DNA from: Syntrophales bacterium
GTDB lineage: Bacteria; Desulfobacterota; Syntrophia; Syntrophales; UBA2210
Length of the DNA: 64,000 nucleotides
Assembly: GCA_963666365.2 (NCBI GenBank)
Contig: CAXXNF010000002.1
Span: 1,152,001 to 1,216,000, forward strand
Reading direction: 5' to 3'
Both the position numbers and the translations under genes were made by a program. The notes below the pieces were generated by a model. It ran no database searches. It had not been told where the DNA came from and saw only the letters and a list, made by a program, of their open reading frames with translations. Of the stretch, positions 1 through 10,795 are shown in pieces (within the stretch, counting starts at the first letter, position 1; each line of letters opens with the position of its first letter).

Positions 1-97
1 ACTTCTCAGGGGATATCGCGGCAGAGACTGAAGGGCGTGTATGCGGAATACTCTATGAGCCGCTATTGCCACAGAGAGATACGCTGCAGCGCATCGT

Positions 98-2095
98 TCA
101 GACATCCAGCTCGAACACCAGCACCGAACGGGCAGGCAGGTATACTTTCAGCATATGGAGAGGGGCTGTGCCCGGATCGGGAAGGGAATAGAAGGTCATA
201 GTGGAATCAACCAGGTCCTGGCCGCCGAACTTTCCGGCATCCGTATTCAGGACAATCCGGTAGGTTCCTGGTTCCACGGCAAAACCGTAGTCGGTGAACG
301 ACACGGAGGGATTGAAATTGAAGGCACACACAAGGGGCCCTCGGTTGAAAACAAGCACCTGGTCTGACTGACGGGCAGCGACAAGGCGGGGTTTCGCCTC
401 TTTGAGGATTTCATTACTCCCGAAAATGCGCAGCATCTCCCGGTCGAAAGCCCCGAGAAATTTGTATCTGAGGTCCGGATGATCGGCCAGGCGCCACTGC
501 CTTCTCGCATAATGATAGGACCAGTTATTGCCCTCACGAGGAAAGTCGATCCATTCCGGATGCCCGAATTCATTTCCCATGAAATTCAGATAGCCTCCCC
601 CGGCGGTGGCAATCGTCACCAGGCGGATCATTTTGTGCAAGGCCATGCCGCGATCGATAATCAGACTCGTACTTGCCAGATTCATGCGGTCATACATTTC
701 CGGACCCATAAGACGGAAACTGATCGACTGGTCTCCCACAAGGGCCTGATCATGCGATTCAGCATAATTAATGGTCAGTTCATCATTGCGCTTCCGGGTA
801 AGTTCGTAATACAGCTCCCCCACGTCCCAGAATTCATCGGGCCGTTCTTTTATCACCTTGATCCAGTAATCGGGCACACCCATTGCCAGGCGGCAATCAA
901 AACCGAAGCCGCCGTCCTCGAACGGGGCCGCAACACCGGGCATCCCACTCATCTCCTCGGCGATGGACAGGCTTTGCGGATTCACCTGCTTGATTACCCT
1001 GTTTGCCAGCATCAGATAGGTAATTGCATCTTCATCCTGTCTACCGTCAAAATACATCGAATACTCAGTGAAATTCCGTGCAAGACCGTGATCCAGATAG
1101 AGCATACTGGTCACTCCATCGAATCGAAACCCGTCGAATCTGAACTCTTCGAGCCAGTAACGGCAATTCGAAAGAAGAAAATGCAGCACCTCATGTTTCG
1201 CGTAATTAAAACACAGGGAATCCCAGGCGCTGTGCAGCCGTCTCGCCCCCTCATGAAAATACTGTGAGGGGTTTCCGTCAAAACAGGCGAGGCCTTCGAC
1301 TTCATTCTTCACCGCATGCGAGTGGACCAGATCCATAATCACAGCCACCCCCCGGTCATGTGCGGCATCGATCAATGCCTTCAGATCTTCGGGCGTGCCG
1401 AAGCGGGAAGAAGGCGCGAAGAAGCTTGACACGTGATAGCCGAAAGATCCGTAATAGGGATGTTCCTGAACCGCCATCAACTGGATAGTATTGTAACCCC
1501 CCTCCACGATGCGGGGGAGCACATGCCTGCGGAATTCATTGAACGTCGCAATCCGTCCCTCCTCGGAGGCCATGCCCGCATGCGCTTCGTAAATAAGCGG
1601 CGGCCTGCCCGTTGTATCGATCCATTCGTTCCTCCACTCGTAGGGTTCATCGGGCGCCCAGACCTGCGCATTGAAAATCTTGGTAGTGTCGTCCTGGACA
1701 ACACGGTTCGCCCAGGCCGGTATCCGGTCCCCCTGTCCCCCCCTCCAATGAACCGAGAGCCGGTACAGATCCCCATGGTGAAGTGCCGTGATGGGCAGAC
1801 TGATTTCCCAGACGCCGTCGCCTCTTTTTTGAAGCAGGAAATCCTCCTGTTCCCGCCAACCGGTGAATTCCCCGATGAGATATATGGTCTCGGCATTGGG
1901 CGCCCATTCTCTGAATACCCACGCATCATCCCTTTTGTGCATCCCGAACCACAGGTGCCTCAACGCACACTCCTGAAGGTTTGCATGAGTGCCGATCAAT
2001 TCCCTTTCCTTTTGAAGCGCTCTTTCATGCCGGGCGGCAACCCAAAGGGCATAGGGCTCAAGCCATGGATCATTACGTACAATAGTGAGTTTCAT
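98..2095 (-). CDS. glgB: 1,4-alpha-glucan branching enzyme (GH13, GH13_8-like)
   Basis: 665 aa; FREWAP, IYEAH, GFRFDGVTSM (nucleophile), AEEMSG, YAESHDQ and LNFMGNEFGHPEWIDFPR motifs. Confidence 0.95.
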   Translation of the reverse strand: MKLTIVRNDPWLEPYALWVAARHERALQKERELIGTHANLQECALRHLWFGMHKRDDAWVFREWAPNAETIYLIGEFTGWREQEDFLLQKRGDGVWEISLPITALHHGDLYRLSVHWRGGQGDRIPAWANRVVQDDTTKIFNAQVWAPDEPYEWRNEWIDTTGRPPLIYEAHAGMASEEGRIATFNEFRRHVLPRIVEGGYNTIQLMAVQEHPYYGSFGYHVSSFFAPSSRFGTPEDLKALIDAAHDRGVAVIMDLVHSHAVKNEVEGLACFDGNPSQYFHEGARRLHSAWDSLCFNYAKHEVLHFLLSNCRYWLEEFRFDGFRFDGVTSMLYLDHGLARNFTEYSMYFDGRQDEDAITYLMLANRVIKQVNPQSLSIAEEMSGMPGVAAPFEDGGFGFDCRLAMGVPDYWIKVIKERPDEFWDVGELYYELTRKRNDELTINYAESHDQALVGDQSISFRLMGPEMYDRMNLASTSLIIDRGMALHKMIRLVTIATAGGGYLNFMGNEFGHPEWIDFPREGNNWSYHYARRQWRLADHPDLRYKFLGAFDREMLRIFGSNEILKEAKPRLVAARQSDQVLVFNRGPLVCAFNFNPSVSFTDYGFAVEPGTYRIVLNTDAGKFGGQDLVDSTMTFYSLPDPGTAPLHMLKVYLPARSVLVFELDV

Positions 2096-2203
2096 AGAAA
2101 TACAGTGTCTTGCGCATTCGTGTTTTTACCTGTCCCGGACAATAAAGCTCGAACAATACGATGCCTCTGTCCCTCTTCAGTCAGTTGAGGTCATCATGAC
2201 AGA

Positions 2204-3772
2204 TTACAGCTTTGTCGGCCAGCCTGCGAGGAGATGCCTGCCCATACCCTTGTTCTTCGAATCCCGTACAATCTTCAGCACCTTTATCAGGTAGTCGCGC
2301 GTCTCTTCCGGATGAATCACATCCTGAATACCATACATCCGTGCCGCCGGATAGGGGGACGAATCGGCCATCATCTTTTCGACCAGCTTGGTGCGTTCTT
2401 CTTCCGGAAGTCCCCCAAAGACCACGTCGGCACCGATCTGAGGATCCATGAAACTGATCTCGGCGGTGGGCCAGGCCACCATGAAATCGGCCCCTGCGCC
2501 GGCGGCGCACATGTTGACCAGGGCCTGCCCGTACCCCTTCCGGATCAGCACGGTAATTTTCGGCACCGTCACCTGGTAAAGCGCCTGTAGATTGTTCACG
2601 ACTCTGGCGCCGACCCGTTTGATTTCCGCTTCCTTGCCGGTAAGATGGCCCGGCGTATCCACGAAGAATATCAGCGGAATGTTGAAGGAGTCGCAATGGC
2701 ACATGAAGCTGGTCGCCTTTTCCAGGGCATCCGTGTCGGTGGCGCCTGCGTTGACGATGGGGTTGGTGGCAATAAATCCCACTGTTTCACCGCCGACCCG
2801 GGCGAGGCAGGTAATAAGCATTGTGCCGAAAAAGGGTTTGTACTCCAGAAATTCACCCCCATCGACAATGCATTCGATGATCTTGTGCATATCGTAGGAA
2901 CGACGTCTCCGTTCCGGCATAATGTCGAGGATCTTCTGCATGCGTTCTCCCGATCCGGAAGGGACCGGTCGTCTGGGAGGAAGCTCTTTGTTGTTCGACG
3001 GCATGTAATCGAGATACGTTCTGATAATGCGAAAACAGTCCTCTTCGTCTTCGGCAACCTGATCGGCCATGCCGGTGATCCTCGAATGGACTTCCCAGCC
3101 CCCCATCTCCTCGGCGCTGTACTGCTGACCAATCGCCTTCCCCAATGCCCTGGGACCGGAGACGGCGATGGACGCACCTTTGACGATAATGGTGAAATCT
3201 GCCAGGCAGGACTGCCAGTCGGGAACTCCGTGACAATCCCCCATTGCCGCCATCACATAGGGGACCTCCCTGAAATGGCTGTAACCCCAGCGGGCCATGT
3301 CGTCGCCCACACCGTGAAACAGCATTCGCCCCGAGTCCTGCAGATCGGGAATCCGCTGCCCTCCGGCCTCGCCGAGCCAGATCATGGGGATGCCGTATTC
3401 ATAGAGCTGTCGCTTCAGAATCCCCATTTTTTTATTGTTGATCATGGCGCTCGAACCCGCCAGGACCGTAAAGTCGTTGGCGAATATGCCCACCCTCCTG
3501 CCACTGATGGTTCCGTAACCGATCACCAGGCCGTCGGCGGGTGTCTTTCCCTCCATGCCTGGAATGTCGGATGCGCAGAGAGCGCCCAGCTCGAAAAAGG
3601 ACCCCTCATCAAGGAGTGTGCCGACTCGCTCCCGCGCCGTCAGTTTCCCCTTGTCATGCTGTTTCCTGATCTTTTCAGGACCGCCCTGGGCACGAGCCCT
3701 CTCCTTTCTCAACTCCATATCCTGAATCAATTCTTCAAATGCCATGGTGTGTACACCTCTCCGTATATCCAT
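2204..3772 (-). CDS. Acyl-CoA carboxylase/decarboxylase carboxyltransferase subunit (start may be 3745)
   Basis: GKLTARER, DFTVLAGS, AEEMGG, FNIPLIFFVDTPG, KITVLIRKGYG motifs. Confidence 0.9.
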   Translation of the reverse strand: MDIRRGVHTMAFEELIQDMELRKERARAQGGPEKIRKQHDKGKLTARERVGTLLDEGSFFELGALCASDIPGMEGKTPADGLVIGYGTISGRRVGIFANDFTVLAGSSAMINNKKMGILKRQLYEYGIPMIWLGEAGGQRIPDLQDSGRMLFHGVGDDMARWGYSHFREVPYVMAAMGDCHGVPDWQSCLADFTIIVKGASIAVSGPRALGKAIGQQYSAEEMGGWEVHSRITGMADQVAEDEEDCFRIIRTYLDYMPSNNKELPPRRPVPSGSGERMQKILDIMPERRRRSYDMHKIIECIVDGGEFLEYKPFFGTMLITCLARVGGETVGFIATNPIVNAGATDTDALEKATSFMCHCDSFNIPLIFFVDTPGHLTGKEAEIKRVGARVVNNLQALYQVTVPKITVLIRKGYGQALVNMCAAGAGADFMVAWPTAEISFMDPQIGADVVFGGLPEEERTKLVEKMMADSSPYPAARMYGIQDVIHPEETRDYLIKVLKIVRDSKNKGMGRHLLAGWPTKL

Positions 3773-4522
3773 TTATAAACCAAGATAGCTTTTCCTTACT
3801 ATTTCATTGCCGAGCAGTTCTTCCGGGTTTCCTTCAGCCATAATCTGCCCTTGTGACAACACATAATTTCGCTTAGACAGGTCGAAGGCAAAACCGATGT
3901 CCTGTTCCGTCAATAGGACGGTAATGCCTAATTTGTGGACGTCCTTTATACGGTCGAACATGTCTTCCTTCACCTTTGGCGCCAGTCCGACCGATGGTTC
4001 ATCGACCATCAATAATCGTGCCTGCGACATTAAAGAACGTCCGATGGCCAGCATGGTTCTTTCGCCTCCCGATATGGTTCCGGAGACCTGATTTTGCCGG
4101 TCCCGAAGAACAGGGAACAACTGATAGACTTTGTCGAGGTTTTCATTGATCACCCTTTTATCTCTGCAAAGATAGGCGCCGGCCAAAAGATTTTCTTTGA
4201 CTGTCATTTCTCTGAAAGGTCTTCCTCTTTCAGGAGTCAGGACCAATCCTCTTTTGACAATTTCGGACGCTGGCAGGTGGTGTATTTCCTTGCCGTCGAA
4301 TTTTACGCTTCCCTCGATCGTTATTTTTCCTCCGACCGTACCTCGCATGATCTCTTTTTCCCATCGGACCAATCCCGATATGGACCGGAGCAGAGTCGTT
4401 TTCCCTGCGCCGTTGGGACCTACAAGGGAAATCATTTCACCTTCATTCACATGCAGGCTTACATTATTAAGCACCATCGCTTTATCGTAGAGAACAGTTA
4501 GGTTATGTACCTCAAGAAACAA
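3773..4522 (-). CDS. livF: Branched-chain amino acid-type ABC transporter ATP-binding protein
   Basis: GPNGAGKTT Walker A, ISGGE signature, VDEPSVGLAP. Confidence 0.9.
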   Translation of the reverse strand: MFLEVHNLTVLYDKAMVLNNVSLHVNEGEMISLVGPNGAGKTTLLRSISGLVRWEKEIMRGTVGGKITIEGSVKFDGKEIHHLPASEIVKRGLVLTPERGRPFREMTVKENLLAGAYLCRDKRVINENLDKVYQLFPVLRDRQNQVSGTISGGERTMLAIGRSLMSQARLLMVDEPSVGLAPKVKEDMFDRIKDVHKLGITVLLTEQDIGFAFDLSKRNYVLSQGQIMAEGNPEELLGNEIVRKSYLGL

Positions 4523-5291
4523 GTTCTTTTACCTCCTTCCCGATATAGGCCTCAATGACATCCCTGTTGTGAACCACCTCTTCAGGCGTTCCGGTGGCAA
4601 TGATCTTCCCGAAGTTAATGACGATGACCCTGTCGACAATTCTCATCAGTTCGGACAACTTGTGCTCGACTATCAGCATCGCCGGACCCTCACTGTGGAG
4701 CCTGCCGAATCGGCCTCCTTTGTGAAGTCTCTTTAACGAGTTTGCAATCAGTTTTGTTTCTGCTGGATTAAGGCCACCAAAAGGCTCGTCCAGCAGCAGC
4801 ATGTCAGGTTCGGTTGCAATTGCCCGTGCCAGTTCGAGCCGTTTGAGATCGCCATGAGACAGAATAGCGGCCTGTTCACGCGCCTGGTCTGCAATACCAC
4901 AAAATTCCAAAGCATCGTTTGCACGCAATTCCACCGTTTTCACCCATTCACCTTTTCTTCTGGAGCGAGGGCAAAGACATGAGACCATCACGTTTGCAAT
5001 CACAGGCAGATGGCGAAAGGGCTTTACTATCTGAAAAGTGCTTGCGATTCCCATGTTGACCGTTTTTGAAATCATCTGTCCCGTAATATCTTTCCCTCTG
5101 AAGCGAACCTTTCCCGATGAAGGTTTTAATATTCCCATCAGCATTCGAATAATCGTCGATTTACCTGCACCGTTCGGTCCAATGAGTCCCACCATTTCGT
5201 CTCGCCCGATTGAGAAACTCACTCCGTCAACGGCCCGCAGACCTCCAAAGTCCTTTGTCAGTTTTTCGACCTCCAAAAACGGTTCTCCCAT
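4512..5291 (-). CDS. livG: Branched-chain amino acid-type ABC transporter ATP-binding protein
   Basis: FGGLRAV, GPNGAGKST, LDEPFGGLNP, VIEAYIG. Confidence 0.9.
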   Translation of the reverse strand: MGEPFLEVEKLTKDFGGLRAVDGVSFSIGRDEMVGLIGPNGAGKSTIIRMLMGILKPSSGKVRFRGKDITGQMISKTVNMGIASTFQIVKPFRHLPVIANVMVSCLCPRSRRKGEWVKTVELRANDALEFCGIADQAREQAAILSHGDLKRLELARAIATEPDMLLLDEPFGGLNPAETKLIANSLKRLHKGGRFGRLHSEGPAMLIVEHKLSELMRIVDRVIVINFGKIIATGTPEEVVHNRDVIEAYIGKEVKELVS

Positions 5292-6986
5292 TTAATCCTC
5301 CTCAGACCTGATCTCTCTGCGCGATACTTTGCCTATATCGGTTTTGGGGATTTCACCGACAAAATCAATTATTCTCGGTATCTTGTAGTGCGCAAGCTTG
5401 CCCTTGCAGTATTCGATGATATTCGCCTCCGATACATGCCCCCGGGCATCACTTTCGAGAACGATAACCGCTTTTACATTTTGACCTACCTTTTCATCGG
5501 GCACGCCCACAACTCCGACTTCCTTAATGTCGGGGTGCTCTTTCAGAACTTCTTCGACTTCCCTGGCAAACACTTTGAGACCTTTGTATTTAATGAGATC
5601 CCTCTTCCGGTCATAAATATAAAAATATCCGTCTTCTTCCATGCGTGCAAGATCACCCGTCCTCCACCACCGCCGACCGTCTATAATCGCTTCGCATTCT
5701 TTCGTTGCTTCCGGATTATTCCAGTAGCCCCTGGTGACTTGCGGCCCGTCGATAACCAGTTCTCCCGTCTCGCCGACGGGAAGATAACGGTCTTCATCAA
5801 CATCAAGTATTGCCGCCAATGTGCTCGGCATGGGGATTCCGATGGAACCGTATCTCTGCTTGCCGAGTAAATTGGTATGCACTCCGTATGTTGCTTCCGT
5901 TAAACCATACCCTTCAGTGATCTTCGTTCCCGTTCGTTCTTCCCAGTCTCGTGCCGTAAATTCATGAAGCGAATCGGCGCCGCAATTGATATATTTCAGT
6001 TTCTTCCAATTCACTCTGTCGGTCTTTTCATAATCCTTCAACATTTCATACATCGTCGGTGCGCTCATGAAATAGGAGGCGCCGGACTTGACCATGGCAT
6101 TCAAGATGTCATCAACATCAGGGGTGGTTATTACCGTAAGGTCATAACCGCTGAAAAGGGCAATTATCATATTTGCCTGACCGCCGACGTGATAATAGGG
6201 CATAAAGTTGACAATCCCTTCCTTTCCATCAACGAGTTCGGTCGCGACTTCGCGACACTGGTAGTAGTTCGCTATTACGTTGTAGTGGCTGATCATCACG
6301 CCCTTCGGGGGTCCCGTTGTTCCACCGGTGTAATGCAGCGAGATAACATCTTCCGGGGGATCGATCGTAACGACGGGCGGATTCGGGTTATGTGCGGCAA
6401 TGAGGTCCTGAAGGCGGACGATCCCGCCCTTCTCATATATTTGAGGAGTGGGGGCGGCCATTTTCTGGTAGACCCCTCTCAATACGCTTTTCCCCATCAT
6501 TTTTTTTAATTTTGGAAGCGATTCCGATATATTGGTAAGAATAACATGTTCCAGTGCAATTCCCGTCCTCTCAAAACCTTCATACAATATATCCTGGCAG
6601 ATAATGCTCCTGGCGCCGCTATCGGTAAGTTGATGCTTGATTTCACTTGAAACATATACCGGGCTGATAGGCGTGACAATGATGCCAAGCTTGGCCGCCG
6701 CAAAAAAGCTTATGACAAATTCCGGGGAATTCAATAACAAAAAGGCTACTCTGTCCCCCTTTTTGAAACCGAGATCCGCAAACGCCGTTGCCAGGCGGTT
6801 TACCTTATCTCCCAGTTCTCGGTAGCTGATTTTGTTTCCGTAATATATGATGGCTGTTTTCTTATCCCATTTTTTCACCGCTGCATCAAATGCCTCACCT
6901 ATCGATATGGACGGCACTTCTATGTCCTGCCGCATTCCCGGAAGATAATGATCAAGCCAAGGTCTTTCTTCATATACTGACTTCAT
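5292..6986 (-). CDS. AMP-binding acyl-CoA synthetase (long-chain fatty acid-CoA ligase-like)
   Basis: YTGGTTGPPKG, EGYGLTE, RTGDL, DRKRDLI, PKTDIGK motifs. Confidence 0.92.
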   Translation of the reverse strand: MKSVYEERPWLDHYLPGMRQDIEVPSISIGEAFDAAVKKWDKKTAIIYYGNKISYRELGDKVNRLATAFADLGFKKGDRVAFLLLNSPEFVISFFAAAKLGIIVTPISPVYVSSEIKHQLTDSGARSIICQDILYEGFERTGIALEHVILTNISESLPKLKKMMGKSVLRGVYQKMAAPTPQIYEKGGIVRLQDLIAAHNPNPPVVTIDPPEDVISLHYTGGTTGPPKGVMISHYNVIANYYQCREVATELVDGKEGIVNFMPYYHVGGQANMIIALFSGYDLTVITTPDVDDILNAMVKSGASYFMSAPTMYEMLKDYEKTDRVNWKKLKYINCGADSLHEFTARDWEERTGTKITEGYGLTEATYGVHTNLLGKQRYGSIGIPMPSTLAAILDVDEDRYLPVGETGELVIDGPQVTRGYWNNPEATKECEAIIDGRRWWRTGDLARMEEDGYFYIYDRKRDLIKYKGLKVFAREVEEVLKEHPDIKEVGVVGVPDEKVGQNVKAVIVLESDARGHVSEANIIEYCKGKLAHYKIPRIIDFVGEIPKTDIGKVSRREIRSEED

Positions 6987-8088
6987 TTTTGGGCTTCCTT
7001 TCTTGCAATCCTTCTTTTCTTTTCATTTTTTCGGGATAAAGATCGGCTCTGCATGATCTGCATCGCTTTCGCCAGAATACGTTCACTAATTTGCAGCGAG
7101 GGCACTTGACCTCGATTTTGTCTAAGACCCACACAGTAATTCCCTCGGGCATAAAGAGCAGGGTAAAAATCAAAATTATGGCAAGAACCAAAAACCGTAT
7201 CTTTTCTCCCAGGTCGAAGAGGGAGAGAATCTCCGTCATGGGATAGAGAATAAACACGCCTGCAACCGCGCCATAGATGGTGCCAAGACCTCCAAATATC
7301 GACCAGAGAAGTGCGTTAAAGGAAAAGAAAAGCTCCAGTGTGGAAGGCCCGGCGATTCTCAGGTAGTGAGTATAGAGCCCACCGGCGATTCCTGCAAAAA
7401 AACCGCTTACCGCAAAGGCGAGCAGCTTGTATTTGGTGGTATTTATACCGGAAGTTCTGGCGGCAATCTCATCTTCTCTCAGTGCATGCAAAAGAATGCC
7501 TATTCGCAGGTATTTACTTCCTGCATCGGTAAACTTGTACATGACGAATATACACACGGTAAATGTGATGGCTATAATGTAATAGCTTACCACACGGGAC
7601 TTTGAAAAGACCGACACGCCGAAGAGTCCCAATTCGCCCCCGGTGACATCGGAAAATACAAATACCAGCCCGACAAGAATCAGAGGAAAAGACAACGTCA
7701 CGAGGGCAAGGTACATCCCCCGCAATCTGAGCGCCGGGATACCGACTATCAAACCGACGAGCACGGCGGCGACGGCCCCGATGGGAATGGTTATCCAGGG
7801 AGGCCAGTGCAGGTTAATATTTATGAATGCCGCCGCGTAGGCTGCTACACCGAAAAAAAGACCGTGGCCGAGATTCAATTGACCCGCGAATCCGGCCAGG
7901 ACGTCCCAGCTGGCTGCAAATATGGCAAATATGATGGCCAGGGTGACAATTCGAAGATAGTATGGTTCCTGCGTCACTACTGGTAAAAGGAACAGGCACA
8001 CAAAAAATATCAATGCAATAACCCGCCCCGGAATTGACAGCACCTCGCCTCGAAGCCACCGGTGAAACAAGTACAGATACCCTTTCAT
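6970..8088 (-). CDS. livM: Liv-type ABC permease with C-terminal CxxC..CxxC tail
   Basis: GQLNLGHG, LRLRGMYLALVTL, ALREDEIAA; multiple TM segments; CPRC...CRSC at the C-terminus. Confidence 0.88.
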   Translation of the reverse strand: MKGYLYLFHRWLRGEVLSIPGRVIALIFFVCLFLLPVVTQEPYYLRIVTLAIIFAIFAASWDVLAGFAGQLNLGHGLFFGVAAYAAAFININLHWPPWITIPIGAVAAVLVGLIVGIPALRLRGMYLALVTLSFPLILVGLVFVFSDVTGGELGLFGVSVFSKSRVVSYYIIAITFTVCIFVMYKFTDAGSKYLRIGILLHALREDEIAARTSGINTTKYKLLAFAVSGFFAGIAGGLYTHYLRIAGPSTLELFFSFNALLWSIFGGLGTIYGAVAGVFILYPMTEILSLFDLGEKIRFLVLAIILIFTLLFMPEGITVWVLDKIEVKCPRCKLVNVFWRKRCRSCRADLYPEKMKRKEGLQERKPKNEVSI

Positions 8089-8957
8089 AGCCGTTCCTCC
8101 TCAAAGATCACACCGAACAGGCCTTCTGGTCGTATCAGGAGTACAAGTACCATTACAACCATTGATGCGGCGCCTCCGAGAAAGGCGCCTCCGGGTATCA
8201 TAAAGACAACAATGCTTTCCGCGTAGCCCAGTATAAACGAGGCAACAACGGCGCCTCCGATGCTTCCCGCACCGCCCAATATAACGGCAGCCAGCACGAT
8301 GACGAGCGGTTGCCCCCACATGAGAGGGCTAATCATATAAATGGGGCCCATGACTGCGGCTGAGACGGCAGCGAGACCCACGGAAATCGCCATTACGATC
8401 ACGTAAATGCGTCGCACGTCGATGCCCATGAGATTTGCGATTTCGCTGTCCTGAGCCACGGCGCGTATCGCGTTTCCAAGCTTTGTTTTCGACAACATGA
8501 TCCACAAAATGATCAAAATCAGCATACTGAGGAAAAACGCAAATATATGTTGATATGAAACGTTTGTACCTCCAATATCCAGAAATCCCTCGGCAATGTG
8601 TGGAATTGCCCTGATTGTTCCGCCGAAAATCAGAAGAAGAATTTCCTGAAACAGCGATGCAATTGCCACGGCAATAATCATCACAGCGAATTCGTGTTCC
8701 TTTATTCGATCGAAAAAGAGATAGAAGCACAGTATGCCCAATATCACAGTCACAACCACCGCCAGGAGTATCGAAGGAAAGAGGGGGAGATGAAGCATGG
8801 AGGTCCCCACGAAGATCAAGTATGCCGATACCATGTAAAAGGCAGTGTGTGCCATATTAAGAATTCTGGCGACACTGAAGATGAGCGCAAAACCGACAGC
8901 CAGCAGTGCATATATTCCGCCCACGATCAATCCGTTAATAAGAATATTTAATAACAT
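8085..8957 (-). CDS. livH: Liv-type ABC permease
   Basis: YALLAVGFALIF, GNAIRAVAQD, RPEGLFG. Confidence 0.9.
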   Translation of the reverse strand: MLLNILINGLIVGGIYALLAVGFALIFSVARILNMAHTAFYMVSAYLIFVGTSMLHLPLFPSILLAVVVTVILGILCFYLFFDRIKEHEFAVMIIAVAIASLFQEILLLIFGGTIRAIPHIAEGFLDIGGTNVSYQHIFAFFLSMLILIILWIMLSKTKLGNAIRAVAQDSEIANLMGIDVRRIYVIVMAISVGLAAVSAAVMGPIYMISPLMWGQPLVIVLAAVILGGAGSIGGAVVASFILGYAESIVVFMIPGGAFLGGAASMVVMVLVLLIRPEGLFGVIFEEERL

Positions 8958-9053
8958 TGATTAGATACCTCATATCAGATTGGAAGAAACTAACGGGTTC
9001 AGTAAAGCAAAACTCAGCACATATGCCCGTTCGCAAGATACAAGCCGATGGAC

Positions 9054-9095
9054 TGTGCATGCCCTCTCTTTAGGATGCAAGAGAAGGCATACACA
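9054..9095. other. Intergenic stem-loop between the substrate-binding gene and livH (possible mRNA stabiliser or attenuator)
   Basis: tgtgcatgccctctctt ... aagagaaggcatacaca imperfect inverted repeat. Confidence 0.45.
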
Positions 9096-9112
9096 TAAAC
9101 CGTTCCATTGAT

Positions 9113-10477
9113 TTATTTTTTACTCTTCCAGTATTCTTTTACCCAGGGAGGAACTTCATATTCAACCGCACCGTCAAGTTTTATTTTGTCCCAGCCCGAC
9201 GCCATACCGGCCGCGATCACCGCGGGGTGTATTTCGTTTCCATCGGGCCATATGGAGAGAAACTTGCCGTCGCGCCATTGAGCGGCGAACATGTAGGTAT
9301 AGTCGGGACCAACCATGAGATCATGCGGCCGCTCGTGATCACGCGGCGTAAAGGCGACGCGACCGATTGTACCCACGTAGTCAACTTTTTCCAGCACAGG
9401 AATCAATGCATCGCTGTCGAGAGTACCGGCCTTTTCGATGGCATCTTTCAGGTAAAAGAGCGCATCATAATTGATATTTGCCGTGTACATGGGTTCTTCT
9501 TTGTAACGTTCAACGAATTTATCCCAGAAGGGGAGAGATTTTTCGGAAAATTTGGCGCGAGGAGAGCCTGATGTTTCTTCATAATTACACATGCCTCTCG
9601 TACCGTCCCAATGTGACATTTTCCCTGCTTCAACATTGACTCCAATGAGACAGGCCGGTATTTTTAATTCTCCCCACTGTTTTCCGTAAATGTTTCCGAC
9701 CGGTCCGGCGCTCACCTGGTAAATTATGTGGGCGCCCGCCGATTTGATTGCTGAGAATTCGGCGGTAAGATTTGTTGCCTGCACACTGGGGCGCCACTCT
9801 CCTATTACCTCACAGTCCATTGCAGCAAAGAGCTTCTTTGCCAACTGAGCAATTGGGTCAATCCATATGGCCTTGTCCATAAGGAGCGCGACTTTCGGCT
9901 TTTTGATCCCAAGTTCCGACTTGATTTTTCCGACAGCAGTACTGATCTGAGCGAAGTAATTTAATGCCTGTGGAGTTGAGCAGACCCAAATTCTGAACCA
10001 ATATTTATATCGATCATAATCTTTTGCAATGCGCTTATTCAGCTCAGGATGCGTGCCGCCGGTCGCAAGATAGATCACCTTGTTGTCGGCCATGACTTCC
10101 TGCTGCGCCAATGTCCCCTGCGAACTGTAGCCGCCAAGAACAAAGTTGACCTTTTTGACTGATATGAGTTTTTCTATCGCACTGACCGCATCGGTCACGC
10201 TCAAAAAACAGTTGTCGTCCGCTACCACAACCTCATAATCGTATCGTTCACCTTTGATGACAACCCCTCCGGCGGCATTGATTTCATCCGCCGCCATTTC
10301 CGCTCCTTTTGCGATATGCTGCCCGACGACGAATTTCATAGGTGCGGAAACGCCTATTTTTATTGTTTTATTTGCGCTTGCATATAGATTGGATGGCTGG
10401 AAAACAACTACCATCGCCACAATAAGTAATGACAACTGAATAAGTTGACGGACCTTACACCTTCCCCTTCTGTTCAT
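9113..10477 (-). CDS. ABC transporter substrate-binding protein (LivJ/K-like)
   Basis: Signal peptide, IKIGV, GAEMAADEINAAGG, YDAL..L.DAIEKAGTLD; first gene of the liv operon. Confidence 0.88.
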   Translation of the reverse strand: MNRRGRCKVRQLIQLSLLIVAMVVVFQPSNLYASANKTIKIGVSAPMKFVVGQHIAKGAEMAADEINAAGGVVIKGERYDYEVVVADDNCFLSVTDAVSAIEKLISVKKVNFVLGGYSSQGTLAQQEVMADNKVIYLATGGTHPELNKRIAKDYDRYKYWFRIWVCSTPQALNYFAQISTAVGKIKSELGIKKPKVALLMDKAIWIDPIAQLAKKLFAAMDCEVIGEWRPSVQATNLTAEFSAIKSAGAHIIYQVSAGPVGNIYGKQWGELKIPACLIGVNVEAGKMSHWDGTRGMCNYEETSGSPRAKFSEKSLPFWDKFVERYKEEPMYTANINYDALFYLKDAIEKAGTLDSDALIPVLEKVDYVGTIGRVAFTPRDHERPHDLMVGPDYTYMFAAQWRDGKFLSIWPDGNEIHPAVIAAGMASGWDKIKLDGAVEYEVPPWVKEYWKSKK

Positions 10478-10795
10478 AGATTCATCCTCCTTTTTGTTAT
10501 GCTACATCCATTGCATCTCCTGTAACGTCATATTTTTACTTAACATCACCTGTTTTCTCATCATGCTTCATTTGTTTCATTTCAATACGATAGAATCCCT
10601 CCAATTGTATCCCTTAGTTAAGTCTTTATATTGAAAACTGTCAACATAAATTCAATATTATCATACATAGTAATCTCTTATACCCTGAAACAAAATACAA
10701 CTCTGTTGCCCGGTAACGTGAAAACAGGTAGTGTGCCTTCCTTCGCATCAAAAGCATTTCCGCTTTCAATAAACTGTGGATGCACAATCACGCTT

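Noticed and set aside
2645..3778. Long antisense ORFs (for example 2645-3778, 479-1267, 21709-22509, 29516-30316, 63090-63815)
   Set aside because: They lie opposite well-supported genes and show no recognisable motifs; typical shadow ORFs.
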